Assembly (NCBI RefSeq): GCF_009914755.1
Contig: NC_060941.1
From: the human T2T-CHM13v2.0 reference genome, Homo sapiens
Length of the DNA: 64,000 nucleotides
Strand: one strand, 5' to 3'
The notes beneath the pieces were generated by a model, which was not told where the DNA came from, ran no database searches, and saw only the letters and a list, made by a program, of their open reading frames with translations. Positions 49,614 through 64,000 of this stretch are shown here, piece by piece. How positions within the stretch are numbered: position 1 is the stretch's first letter; every line of letters starts with the position of its first letter. The position numbers were made by a program, and so were the translations under genes.

Positions 49614-50239
49614 CTATGCAACAAGAACAACAAAACCAAATCAACAAATGACAAAGACTTTTTTGACGCTGTAAAATGAATACAATAGGCTAAGCTACAT
49701 AGGACTTTCTTACCTATAATTTACGTTTACTAGAAAATATAACTTAAAAAGATTTCTCAAAGGCTTCCTAAGAAATTCTCACTAAGCTCCATGGAAATAG
49801 CTGGTGAAGAAATTATAGAATGTTTTTGTTGTGTGATCCCAGCAAACACAAGCAATAATGGCAGCTCCTCTGCTCTATACCAGGTGCTGGTCTCAGTGCT
49901 TCCCATAGATTACCTATGTCACAAGAAGGCAATTATGTATGTAAAAGCTGGTTAGAGTAGCATTTCTCACAGTGGCAAAAACTGAAATGACCTAAATGAC
50001 TGTTAACAGGGGACAGATGAGGTAAGTTATACACATACAAAATTAAAATTTTTACCTTTAAGGTTAAAAACATAAATAGAGCTTTATAAACTAAAGAAAC
50101 CCATGATACAAAGGTTTTTTTTTTTAATCAAGTTGCAAAACAGTGTATATACTATATGCCCTATTTTGCAGGGGTGTATAGGGGAATGGGGAAGTGTATA
50201 TGTTTGTGCCTGAATACTATTATTAATAGAAAAAACTCT

Positions 50240-52350
50240 GTAGACCATTTCCAGCTAAATATGGTGGAGAGAACATAGTCATTTATCACCTAATAACTCA
50301 GAAGCTCAACTAAAATGAAAGTTAAGAAATTAAAAAGGTATACACCCAAAAGGACAAAGAGAATAGAAAAAGAAACTATAGCAGATGAAATGTGAACAAA
50401 ATTCTGTAAGATGGAAAACAGATGGGCAAACAGTAGAAAGTGATTCAATAGACCAGAGAAAGCTGAAACCTAAGCCACTGGGGTTTAGGGAGGAGGTCAA
50501 TATGCTGCCAGAACCCCTGAAAGGCCTAGGACTTGAAGGTACCAGCAACCACAGGGAGGGCATGCAGGGAGGAACATGAAACAGAAGGACAGGATTAAAA
50601 AAACTGTACAAAAGGCGGTACAGGACCTAGACACAATCCTCCAGAACAGTGAGACCTCCCTTCTCTTGGCACAGCTCCCTAATAATGGAAGCCAAGTTTA
50701 AATGTTATAGGCAGGAAAGTGGAGAATCAGCATTATTTACTTAAGTATGAATAAAACAGCCACAGAGTACCAGATGTCTAAAGAAGGCCTCTATTATAAA
50801 AGAAAGGGCCCAAAACAAAGAGGATGTGACAGAGACACTAAGAGCAAAAAAAGACAATGCAGGCAGCAGCAACAACAAAAAAACAAAGCACTTAATTTTC
50901 TTCAGAATAAATGTTGCATTCGTAAAATAGCAAGATGGTATAAAAAGTACCAACCAATAAAAAGAATTTGGAAAAAAAAAAAGAATGAGGGTTTAAAAAA
51001 AAAATCTGCCAGCAATTAGTATAAAATAAAAGAGATAGGAAAGAGGGGAGAAAATAAATTATGACAGTCACTCCAGGATGTTCAATGCATACCTAAGAGG
51101 TGTTCCAGAACGAGAGCAGAAGAAACAACAATAAGAAGAAAGAGATAAAATTTCCCAGGACTGGAAGATAGGAATGTTCAGATGAAAAGACTTACTTCAT
51201 ATAAGAAGATACAAAAAAGACACCTACACCAAGCACAGTATCATTAATTTTTAAAAAATCAAGAAAGTGACAATCTTAAAAGATTTCAGAAAGTATATAA
51301 AAATGAGCAAGAACTCAAATAACAACACCCTGAACTCAGCATGAAAATGAAGTAATGTCTTTGCAATTCTGATGGAAAAAAAATCTCCCAACCCATATAG
51401 TTCTTTATCTAGCCAAACTATCAAGTATGTCTTCTTAGGAAATTTGTAACATTCAAGTTCATAGTGCTCAAAAAAAAAAAATTTACTTGTCATGCACCCT
51501 TTGCCAGGAAACCTAGTAAGGATATGTTCCGTCAAAACAAAGGCATAAATCAAGAAGCAGGATGATGTGGCATCCAGGAAACAAAAGATACAACAGAGGA
51601 GAAAGGTGAAAAGAATTCCAGGGATGATAGTGAGGGCATATTCCAGAACCAGAACAAATATGACAGCAGTCTCAATTGGAGAATGGGAATAGGAGGCTGC
51701 AGGAGAGTAAGCCCTAGGAAACAGGCAGGTTTTGTGTTTGGTCATATTGGGGACTTTTACATTTATGAATTGCATAGTGTCTGCCAGTGATTTAGTAACA
51801 GGTCCACAGAAACATAAGGAAAAGAAACAAAATAACCCAAGGCTTTATTAATTTCAGAAGAACAAAAAGTTGTAAAAGAAATGAAATGGGCCGTAGCAGT
51901 GGCTCACGCCTGTAATCCCAGCACTGGGAGGCCAAGGCGGGTGGATCATGAGGTCGGGAGTTTGAGACCAGCCTGACCAACATGGTGAAACCCCGTCTCT
52001 ACTAAAAATACAAAAATTAGCCAGGCATGGTGGCTCACGCCTGTAATCCCAATTAGGATGCTGAGGCAGGAGAATTGCTTGAACCTGAGAGGCAGAGGTT
52101 GCAGTGAGCCGAGATCACACCACTGCACTCCAGCCTGGGCGACAAAGCGAGACTCCGTCTCGGAGGAGGGAAAAAAATAAAAAAATAAATGAAATGTAAT
52201 TATACTGTATTCTGTGGCTAAGTAGAATTACAGATTAATTTTATATAGTCATACTGATATAAATAATGAATTTAACTAACAGAATTTGAAATATATAATA
52301 TTAGGAGGATGAAAGGATGGTGGTTTAGGCATTATATCCTCATCTACTAC
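50240..52350 (+). mobile_element. Ancient HAL1/L1M-type fragment (degenerate ORF1-like), interrupted by Alu 51889-52185
   Basis: A-rich + strand; remnant resembling the L1 ORF1 'ILYPAKLS' segment (ttctttatctagccaaactatca) at about 51400-51425; subfamily uncertain. Confidence 0.5.
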
Positions 52351-53340
52351 AGAAAGCCAACAGCTAGCATCACAGCCTTTTTCAACCAGGGTTCCGTATT
52401 TGATCTACAAAATACAGAAAAGGATTTAAGTGAGTATTTTTTCCATTCTCCCAAGGTAAGTACATACCTAGAATCCTATTCTAGACGCACAGGAGCATAG
52501 CTAATTCATTATATACAAGAGATGCCTTAGGGCATTAGGACTACATTTTCTCACAGAATCTCAGCTGAAAAAGGGAGGGATGAAGGAGGGGCAGGACGAA
52601 CATGTTATTTTAGATACCTGAAGACAAACAGCATAAGAGAGAGCTAAGAAGTGATAGAGTTGTGCACCCTTTACCCAGAAAGCTAGTAAGGATATGCTCT
52701 GTCAAAACAAAGGCATAAATCAAGAAGCAGGGTGATGTAGGATCCAGGAAGAAGAGTGGCGACAGAATGAGAACCTGTCTGAGAGAGAGAGAGAGAGAGA
52801 GAGACAGAGGGTTCTGGATTTGAATCCCAAGTCCACCTCTTGCTAGCTTGGTAATCTGGGACAAGCTACTTTGAACAAGTTCTAAGTCTCTTTATTTATA
52901 AAATAAGGATAAAAAGATCTACCTCATAAGGTTGTAATTAGGATCAAATTATATAAAATCATGATGAAAACAATATTACTTAACATTTATTGAATGGGGC
53001 ATTTTGCAATGATTTATCATATATTGATTCATTTAATCCTCACAACCATCTGAGGTATTAACACAAAGCTGTTTTATAAATGAGAAAACATACCTAAGAT
53101 TCAAATCCAAGACAGGATTTGAACCCATGCAGTCTTACTCTAGGGTCTATGCTTTTAACCGCTACAGAGTACTGACTGCACAATGCTTAACAGAGATCAA
53201 TAAATGGCTTGTATTTTTATAGTCATTAATTAATTAAAGGATCAACTTTATGGAAGAAATGAAAAGAAAGGCAGTAGCTCCTGTCTGACATTCTTGAGCA
53301 TCAATGTATTTTGGATAATCCTGATTAAGATGATATCTAA

Positions 53341-53628
53341 TCTCCCAGCACTTTGGGAGGCTGAGGCAGGCGGATCACTGGTGCTCAGGAGTTCAAAGTT
53401 CAAGACCAGTCTGGCCAACATGGTAAAACCCCATCTCTACTAAAAATACAAAAAGTAGCCCAGTGTGTGCCTGCAGTCCCAGCTACTTGGGAGGCTGAGG
53501 TGAGAGAATCGCTTGAACCCGGGGGAGGGGGTGGGGGTGGGAGTGGGGTGAAGGTTGCAGTGAGCTGAGATAGCACCACTGCATCCAGCCTAGGCGACAG
53601 AGCAAGACTGCATCTCAAAAAAAAAAAG
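53341..53628 (+). mobile_element. Alu with G-rich expansion in right arm
   Basis: Alu motifs; GGGGGAGGGGGTGGGGGTGGGAGTGGGG at 53521-53548. Confidence 0.85.
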
Positions 53629-54188
53629 ATGAGATCTAACTATTTTCTTCCTACCACTAAACAGCCTTCCCATGTAAAATGATACCAAAATGAGACTAAT
53701 TTCTTCCAATAATGAGATTACACTTCTCAAGATGGAAGTACATTCTCTCTTCCTGATCTGGTGGAAGGTACAAAAGTTTGTTCAAACTTTTTTGTTTTGT
53801 TTTTTAAATCACATTTATTTAGCATATGTACACATAAAAAAGAAATCACCTTCTGAACCCACCCAGCAGCAGGAAACATGCACAAACTCCAGGTAAGTGC
53901 TAGGGGGAGGGGCCCTGGACCCAAGTTAGTGTCCGGGACAATGCAATCTTGTGAGTAACAAGCCCCAGTCAGGAGGGGGCTGGACTGAAGTGTCCGGCAG
54001 GCTGGAGTACCCGGCTGCTGGCCCTAAAATAAGCATGCTCCATAGCCAACGGTGTGTTTCATGCCCTCAAAGTAGCACCGCTGCCAGCCCTGCCATGTCC
54101 ACTCTGTTACTTCCTTCACTCCCGCTTCTTGGTTTTTTCAAGTTACAGAAAGTATGGGATATGTCTTGGCTGTCTTTTTTCCCCTATC

Positions 54189-55184
<996 letters not shown>

Positions 55185-55411
55185 CCATCCTTCCTGCTCA
55201 TACACCTAATTTGTGATCCTGCAAAGATAACATTTAACAAAAAATTTAAACCATGTACAGTGTCCAGTTTCAAGAATAGGAATTAGAATATAATACTAAC
55301 ATTTCTTCAACAAAACATCTGAATCCATTTTGTCCAGAGACTGGAGAACAGTGTTTATGGGAGTTGGGGGTGGGGGGCGCAGAATATGTCTTAATCTAAC
55401 ATTTATGTTAC

Positions 55412-55511
55412 CTTGAACCTTTATATCCACTGAGATCTTTGTCCATATCCAGCTCAGGAGTAGATTCGATGATTGCTTGAACTTCTGACTTTTCTTCATT
55501 TTCAGCAGAGC
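55412..55511 (-). CDS. SPAG9: SPAG9 coding exon (GSAENEEKSEVQAIIESTPELDMDKDLSGYKGS)
   Basis: AG/GT boundaries, 100 nt, phase 1 to 2, in frame with neighbouring exons. Confidence 0.96.
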
Positions 55512-55967
55512 CTTAAAAAAGGACATGATGAAATAAACAATACATATATTACACAGTACCCCAATATAAAAATCCTGTTGTTTTTATGGGTGTAAAGGTA
55601 TCATTTGAACATTTTTTTAAAATGTGCAAGACTGGATTTTAGGAAATACAGCATTATACAATATATCACATATTCAGTTAACAGATTGTATCAAAAACTA
55701 ATAAGCAACCAAAGAAAGTTTTCCCTTGTGTTTCGTGGAACACACAGTACAATGTATCCAAGGCCCTGCTTTCATTCTTATTTAAAAGATGGAATTTAAA
55801 GGAACTAAAGACAAAGACTAAACTAAGATAGGGGACAGAAAAGAACTGTCCTCCCGTCTTTTGGGTTCTGTGACCTCCTGGCCCCCAACTCCTGGCCCCA
55901 ATAGTTTCTCTCCAAGACTATTTAAACATTACCTCTTTTAAGCTTATTTACAATTGAATACAATTAA

Positions 55968-56293
55968 GTGCAGTCTTATCTCAGTATCCATGGGGGATTG
56001 GTTCCAGAACCCACCACAATACCAAAATCCATGGATGCTCAGGTCCCTTATATAAAATGGCATTGTATTTGCATACAACTTATCAATATCCTCCCATATA
56101 CTTTAAATCATCTCTAGATTACTTATAATACCTAATACAATGTAAATGCTATGTAAATAATTGTCATACTGTACTGTTTAGGGGATAATAAGAAAAAAGT
56201 ATGTACATGTTTAGTGCAGGCACAGCTATCATTTTTTTTTCAAATATTTTCAATCTACAGATGCAGAACCACAGATATAGAGGGCCAACTATA
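55968..56293 (+). mobile_element. MER2 (Tigger-family MITE)
   Basis: GTATCCATGGGGGATTGGTTCCAG...CAAAATCCATGGATGCTCAGGTCCCTTATATAAAATGG. Confidence 0.8.
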
Positions 56294-56410
56294 TCTGCCT
56301 ATTTTATAAATACAAAGCAGGCAACACCCACAAAGACATATTTTCTCATACCCACATTATCCAGGTTTACTGAATACTTTCCTAGTAAGTAAAGAACTAG
56401 GGTCACTCAC

Positions 56411-56618
56411 CAGTAGATACATTTCTAGTTTCCTGGGCTACCTGTACTTCAATGTGTTTGCTTATCTCTGATTTATTTGGCGCATCTGTAACCTTCACAA
56501 ATCCTTCGTTTTCTTCCTTTAAGGGAGTATCAGTAGGAATTGTTGCCACATCTGAATTAGCTGTTGATGCTGGAGTGGTAGCTTTAGATCCGCCTTGGCT
56601 AACATCAGAAAGCTCATC
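56411..56618 (-). CDS. SPAG9: SPAG9/JIP4 coding exon (DELSDVSQGG...QETRNVST), first exon present in window
   Basis: AG acceptor at 56619-56620, GTGAGT donor at 56410; 208 nt, phase 0 to 1; translation matches JIP4. Confidence 0.96.
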
Positions 56619-57105
56619 CTACAAATAAAAATAATTTAAAATAAAATTTTAAATGACGAATTTACTCTAAACCACATTAAATGGGTTGAGAAATAAATCT
56701 ACCAAAGAAAGTTCTATTTTTTTTTCCAAAATAAAGGCAATAAAGAGCCACTGATTACCGGTAAGTACTCTCTTTAGACCCTCTGCAAATAATCGGGAAA
56801 TATTTAAGTAAACTGTATTTTTTCAAATGATATTTTTCTAAACAGAAAATTTGAAAATAAAAGAATTATTAGCAATAAAACTATACATTAATGTCAATAT
56901 CATTCTTAATGGCAATTGCAATATTGTACAGTCACTTGGTAATAAAGACCTACTTTAGAACATTTAGAACACATACTCTGTAATAGCTGATCTAAAACAG
57001 AAGTAGAATAACCAAATTCTTAACCTCGGGTATCTTTGTAAAGTGTGGTATTAAAATATCCTGCATCTAAATCATTTGAAGTGCTTGTTAAAACGCCGTG
57101 GCTCA

Positions 57106-57585
<480 letters not shown>

Positions 57586-57875
57586 TTAACAAGCAATCCA
57601 GGTGAGTTACATACTCATTGAAATTTGATCACTATTATAGGATCTACAGATAGGTTTCAAGAGGTATATGCAAATTGAAATTGTATGCAAAAATTTGTGT
57701 ACAATGTATTTCTCTGGGAAAAGAATCATAGCTTTTATCAGATATTCAAAGGGGTTTGCAGCTCCAAAATAATTATAAACAATTGTCCAGTGGCTATCAA
57801 AAATGAAGCAGTTCTTTTGGAGCACCCAAGTTTTAAGAAAAGAGAAACTGACAAAAAGTTTACAGCCACCACCAC

Positions 57876-57908
<33 letters not shown>

Positions 57909-57991
57909 TAGGCCGGGTGCAGTGGCTCACGCCTGTCATCCCAACACTTTTGGAGGCCGAGGCAGGCGGATCACCTGAGGTCGGGAGTTCA

Positions 57992-58230
<239 letters not shown>

Positions 58231-58426
58231 CAGGGTTAGGGTAAATTAAGTGAATTTATCATTCACTAAATGTATGACCTTGGGTAAGTAATGTATTCTT
58301 TCTAAACCTTTGTTTTATCATCTGTAAAATATAGATAACAGTATCTACTTCTTAAGATTCTTATTAAGTTATTCTACATTATGGCTTAGCAATGTGTTTC
58401 ACACATACTAAGAATTTAAAATATTA

Positions 58427-58553
58427 ACTATTATTATAATAGTAACTATTTGTATAATTCTAAATACATAATTATATATTTTTATAATTTATAACTATTA
58501 TAATAGTAACTATTAGTATAATTATAATACATAATTATATATTTTTATAATTT
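58427..58553. repeat. Two-copy, about 63-bp AT-rich tandem repeat
   Basis: TATAATAGTAACTATT(T/A)GTATAATT...ATACATAATTATATATTTTTATAATTT occurs twice. Confidence 0.8.
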
Positions 58554-58600
58554 ATTAATTTATAATATTTTAATTATAAATTATATATACTATATATAAT

Positions 58601-59595
<995 letters not shown>

Positions 59596-59617
59596 TTACA
59601 GTATATTGTACATATTA

Positions 59618-59964
<347 letters not shown>

Positions 59965-61972
59965 TCAAAAAAAAAAAAAAAAATTGTACAATACTTCATG
60001 TATGCCTGTAATCCCAGCTACTTCGGAGGCTGAGGCACAAGAATCGCTTGAATGGCCTGGGCAACACAGCAAGATCCCATCACATAAAACAATAATAATG
60101 TATTGTACACTTAAAATTTTTAGAGGGTAGATCTCATATTAAATGTTCTTACCACAATAAAATAAAAAAGGCTGAGGCAGGAGAATCGCTTGAACCCAGG
60201 AGGCAGAGGTTTCAGTGAGGCAAGATTGCGCCACTGCACTCCAGCTTGGGCAACAGAGCAAGACTTCATCTCAAAAAAAAAAAAAAAATTGGCCAGGTGC
60301 AGTGGCTCACGCCTGTAATCCCAGCACTTTGGAAGGCCGAGATAGGTGGATTAGTTGAGGTCAGGAGTTCCAGACCAGCTTGGCCAACATGGGGAAACCC
60401 CGTCTCTACTAAAAATACAAAAATTAGCCAGGCATGGTGGCACATGCCTGTAATCCCAGGTACTCAGGAGGCTGAGGCAGAGGAATCATTGAACCCAGGA
60501 GACGGAGGCTGCAGTGAGCCAAAATTGTGCCACCACACTCCAGTCTGGTGACAGGGTGAGACTCTGTCTCAAAAAAAAAAAAAAAAAAAAAATGCTATTT
60601 TCTTGAATTGGTAACTGGCACCCAATATAAAATATAAAAGTATCTGATAGAAACCTACTAATTCCAGCAAATTCATTTGTTTGGAGTTGAGTCAAAAAGA
60701 CTGACAGTATTAATTAAAAAAAAAAAAACTGACAGTATTTAACACCTCTGGAGCCAAAGAGATTGATAGTGAAAACAACTACAAGTCCCTCTGAGCACCA
60801 TTTGCATTGTCTTTGCTTTGATGTATACTCGATTAAAAAATAAGTGGTATTTGGCTGGACACGGTCGGCTCATGCCTGTAATCCCAGCACTTTGAGAGGC
60901 TGAGGTGGGCATATCACTTGAGCCCAGGAGTTTGAGATCAGCCTGGGAAACCTGGTGAAACACTGTCTCTACTAAAAATGCCAAAAATTAGCCCAGCATG
61001 GTGGTGCACGCCTGTAGTTCCAGCTACGAGGAATGCTAAAGCATGAGAATCGCTTGAACCCAGGAGGCAGAGGCTGCAGTGAGCTCAGATTGCACCCATG
61101 TTATCATGTACATGAATTCTCATTCTTTAAAAGTTTCAAACGTAACACACATTAAAAAATATAAAATAAACAGTCTGTATTTCTGATAAACAGTGTTGAT
61201 GAAAGCACTTAAAACCCATTAAGACGGCGGATTCAGAAAGCCCTAGAGAATATTGAGTTCATCTATATGAGAAAGTGATATGCCTTTGAAACTATGTCAA
61301 AAATAAATAATTTGAGGTCAATCTTGGAATTCTCATTTACCTCTTAAATATAGAGAAATTATTTCTTCTTCCTCCTTATTATTCCAGTCCCCCACTCCCC
61401 ACAAAAGGCAGGTTATTTTCACCTCAGAAAAAATTGTATTTAGTAATTTAAAAGTTCACAACATATGAAGTGTGGCAAAGGCCTACTTTCCAAATTCATT
61501 TGTGGATCTGGGAGCATGAAATAAAATAACCAGGAGACAGTCTAGATATCATGGGGTGAAAAGAGAAAAAATAAAAATAAAAAAAAAAAATAACCAGGAG
61601 AGAGCTGAACCTAAAACAGGAAAGGGACCATGATACCTCAGCAATCCCAAGGTTTCAGGCTACAAGGAAGTGGTTAATTTAGATCTACTTAGAAGAAAAT
61701 TATGTTTTAAATTTATCCTAGGCTATCCAAATAAAATGAAATTTACTTATATGTAACTTACTTCCCTTTTATACTTACCACATAAAAATATTTTACACTC
61801 TTTAAAATAGCCCAATGTGTGGGCTATATTTCTGACAACTAGATCCCAGAGATACAGCATGAGAGCTGAGAAGGGAAAAGCTCTGATTTTAGGGGTTGAG
61901 CCCTTTTCTTTTTCTTTTCTTTTTTTTTTTTTTTTTGAGACGAAGTTTCGCTCTTGTTGCCCCAGGCTGTAG

Positions 61973-62098
<126 letters not shown>

Positions 62099-62756
62099 TA
62101 GTAGAGACGAGGTTTCTCCATGTTGGTCAGGCTGGTCTCGAACTCCTGACCTCAGGTGATCCGCCTGCCTCAGCCTCCCAAAGTGCTGGGTTTAGAGATG
62201 TGAGCCACTGCGCCCGGCCGGGAAACCATTTTTGAAAGAGGTCTTTCTTCTTGGTATCCCAGGCAGTGGTGACATAAAGCTTCTAAGATTAGCAGAAAAG
62301 CACTTAGATGGGAAATCGGACAAAGCATTTGGCCAGGGGCACAATATTCTTGCATTATACCTCACTAACTGCCTCCAACTAAAGACAGAATGAGGCTAAG
62401 CACAGTGGCTCATGTGTGTAATCACAGCCCTTTGGGAGGCCAAGACAGGTGGATCACTTGAGGTCAGAAGTTTGAGACCAGCCTGGCCAACATGGTGAAA
62501 ACTCATCTCTACTAAAAATACAAAAATTAGCTGGGTGTAGTGGCATATGCCTGTAGTCCCAGCTACCTGGGCGGCTGAGGCACGAGAATCACTTGAATCC
62601 AGAAGGGGGAAGAGGTTGCAGTGAGCCAAGATCATACCACTGCGCTCCAGCCTGGACAACAGAGCAAGACCTTGTCTCAAAAAAAAAAAAAAAATCATTG
62701 ACCTGTTAAAAATTAAAATATACTACTTTTGGTCAACAGTACACTCATAAGATAAT

Positions 62757-63952
62757 ACGATCATGTGCCACATCTGCATAATGACATTTTGGTCAATAAT
62801 AGACAGCATACAGCATATATAGTGGTGGTCCCATAAGATTAAAATGAAGCTGAAAAATTCTTGTTGCCCAGTGATGTTGCAACTGTCATAATATCCCAGT
62901 GCAATGCCCTAGTGTGTTAACAAAACTATTGCACTGCCAGGTGTATAAAAGTATAGTACATACAATTCTATACAGTACATAATACTTGATAATGATAAAC
63001 AATTATGTCACTGGTTTATGTATTTACTAAAATTTTCATTGTTATTTTAAAGTATACTCCTCCTTCTACTTAAAAATAATAATAAAGTTAACTATAAAAC
63101 AGCCTCAGGTAGGTCCTTCAGGAAGTACTCTAGAAGAAGGCACTGTCATCATAGGAGGTGATAGCTCCATGTGTGTCATTGCTCCTGAAAACTTTCCAGT
63201 GGGACAAGATGTGGAGGTGGAAGATACTGACATTGATGATCCTGACCCTGTGTAGGCCAAGGCTAATAATATGTGTGTGTCTTGGTTTTTAACAAAAAAG
63301 TTTAAAAAGCAAAAAAAAAAAAAATTTTTTTTAAATAGATAAAAGCTTATAGAATAAGGATATAAAGAAAATATTTTCATAGAGCTATACAATGTGTTTG
63401 TGTTTTAAGCTAAACATTATTACAAAAAAATCAAAAAGGTAAAAAAATTTAAAGTTTATAAAGTAAATAAGTTACAGTAAGCTAAGGTTAATTTATTATT
63501 GAAGAAAAAAATTAAATAAATGTAGTATAGTTTAAGTGGACAGCATTTTATAAAGTCTACAGTAATGTCCAGTAATGCTCTAGGCCTTCATATTCACTCA
63601 CTGCTCACTCACTGACTCACCAAGAGCATTTGCAGTCCTGCAAACTCCATCCATGGTAAGTGCCCTATAGAGGTATACCATTTTAAATTTTTCATATTGT
63701 ATTTTTACTGTATCTTTTCTATGTTTAGGTACACAAAATAGTTACCACTGTGTTACAACTGCCTACAATATTCAGTACATGCTGCACAGGTTGCAGCCTA
63801 AGAGCAACAGGCCATACCATATAGTTCAGGTGTGTAGTAAGCTATACTGTCTAGGTTTGGGTAAATTCACTCTATGATGTTCCTACAACAAAATCACCTA
63901 AGTACACATTTCTCAGAATGTATCTCTGTTGTTAAGCGACACATGACTATGT
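62757..63952 (+). mobile_element. Tigger3b-like DNA transposon (about 1.2 kb, near full length)
   Basis: GGTGGTCCCATAAGATT 5' part and CATTTCTCAGAA...GTTAAGCGACACATGACTA 3' end. Confidence 0.8.
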
Positions 63953-64000
63953 ATGCAAACAAGGGAAAATTCTTAAGAGGTCCTAATTGAAAAGCATTTA

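Noticed and set aside
51251-51775. Longest ORF in the track (174 aa, hydrophobic, minus strand)
   Set aside because: It is antisense to an A-rich degenerate HAL1/L1 remnant, and its F/L/I richness reflects T-rich composition; no recognisable protein homology

Overview
Primate (very likely human) genomic DNA, rich in Alu elements, containing the 3' part of SPAG9 (JIP4/JLP, a JNK/p38 scaffold and kinesin/dynein adaptor) on the minus strand. I assembled 24 constitutive coding exons by hand, from 56411-56618 down to the stop codon at 1614-1616. They total 3183 nt (1060 aa plus stop), all junction phases are compatible, and the translation matches JIP4 as I recall it, from 'DELSDVSQGG' to 'VWQVMYGNE*'. 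The 5' exons lie beyond the right edge of the window, and the 3'UTR runs towards or past the left edge. None of the supplied ORF calls is an independent gene: they are Alu/L1-derived, exon read-throughs or chance ORFs. The ORF track misses four in-frame alternative mini/microexons (12 nt GEYS, 15 nt DHNFF, 12 nt VPTR, 39 nt VILHQGRLLGLRA), one GC-AG intron and a NAGNAG acceptor. It also misses a degenerate tandem copy of one exon that keeps its acceptor and is followed by a stop and AATAAA, a candidate 36-nt stop-containing exon in the last intron, a GCAUG cluster with an intronic poly(A) signal, and a structured intronic double hairpin. Interspersed repeats include about 50 Alus, THE1/MST/MLT2 LTRs, Tigger3/Tigger4/MER2/MER58 elements, a piggyBac MER85 and old L1/HAL1/L2 fragments. 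I see no evidence for a wholly new biological system; the most interesting layer is SPAG9 isoform regulation. Repeat boundaries are approximate and subfamily names come from memory of consensus sequences.
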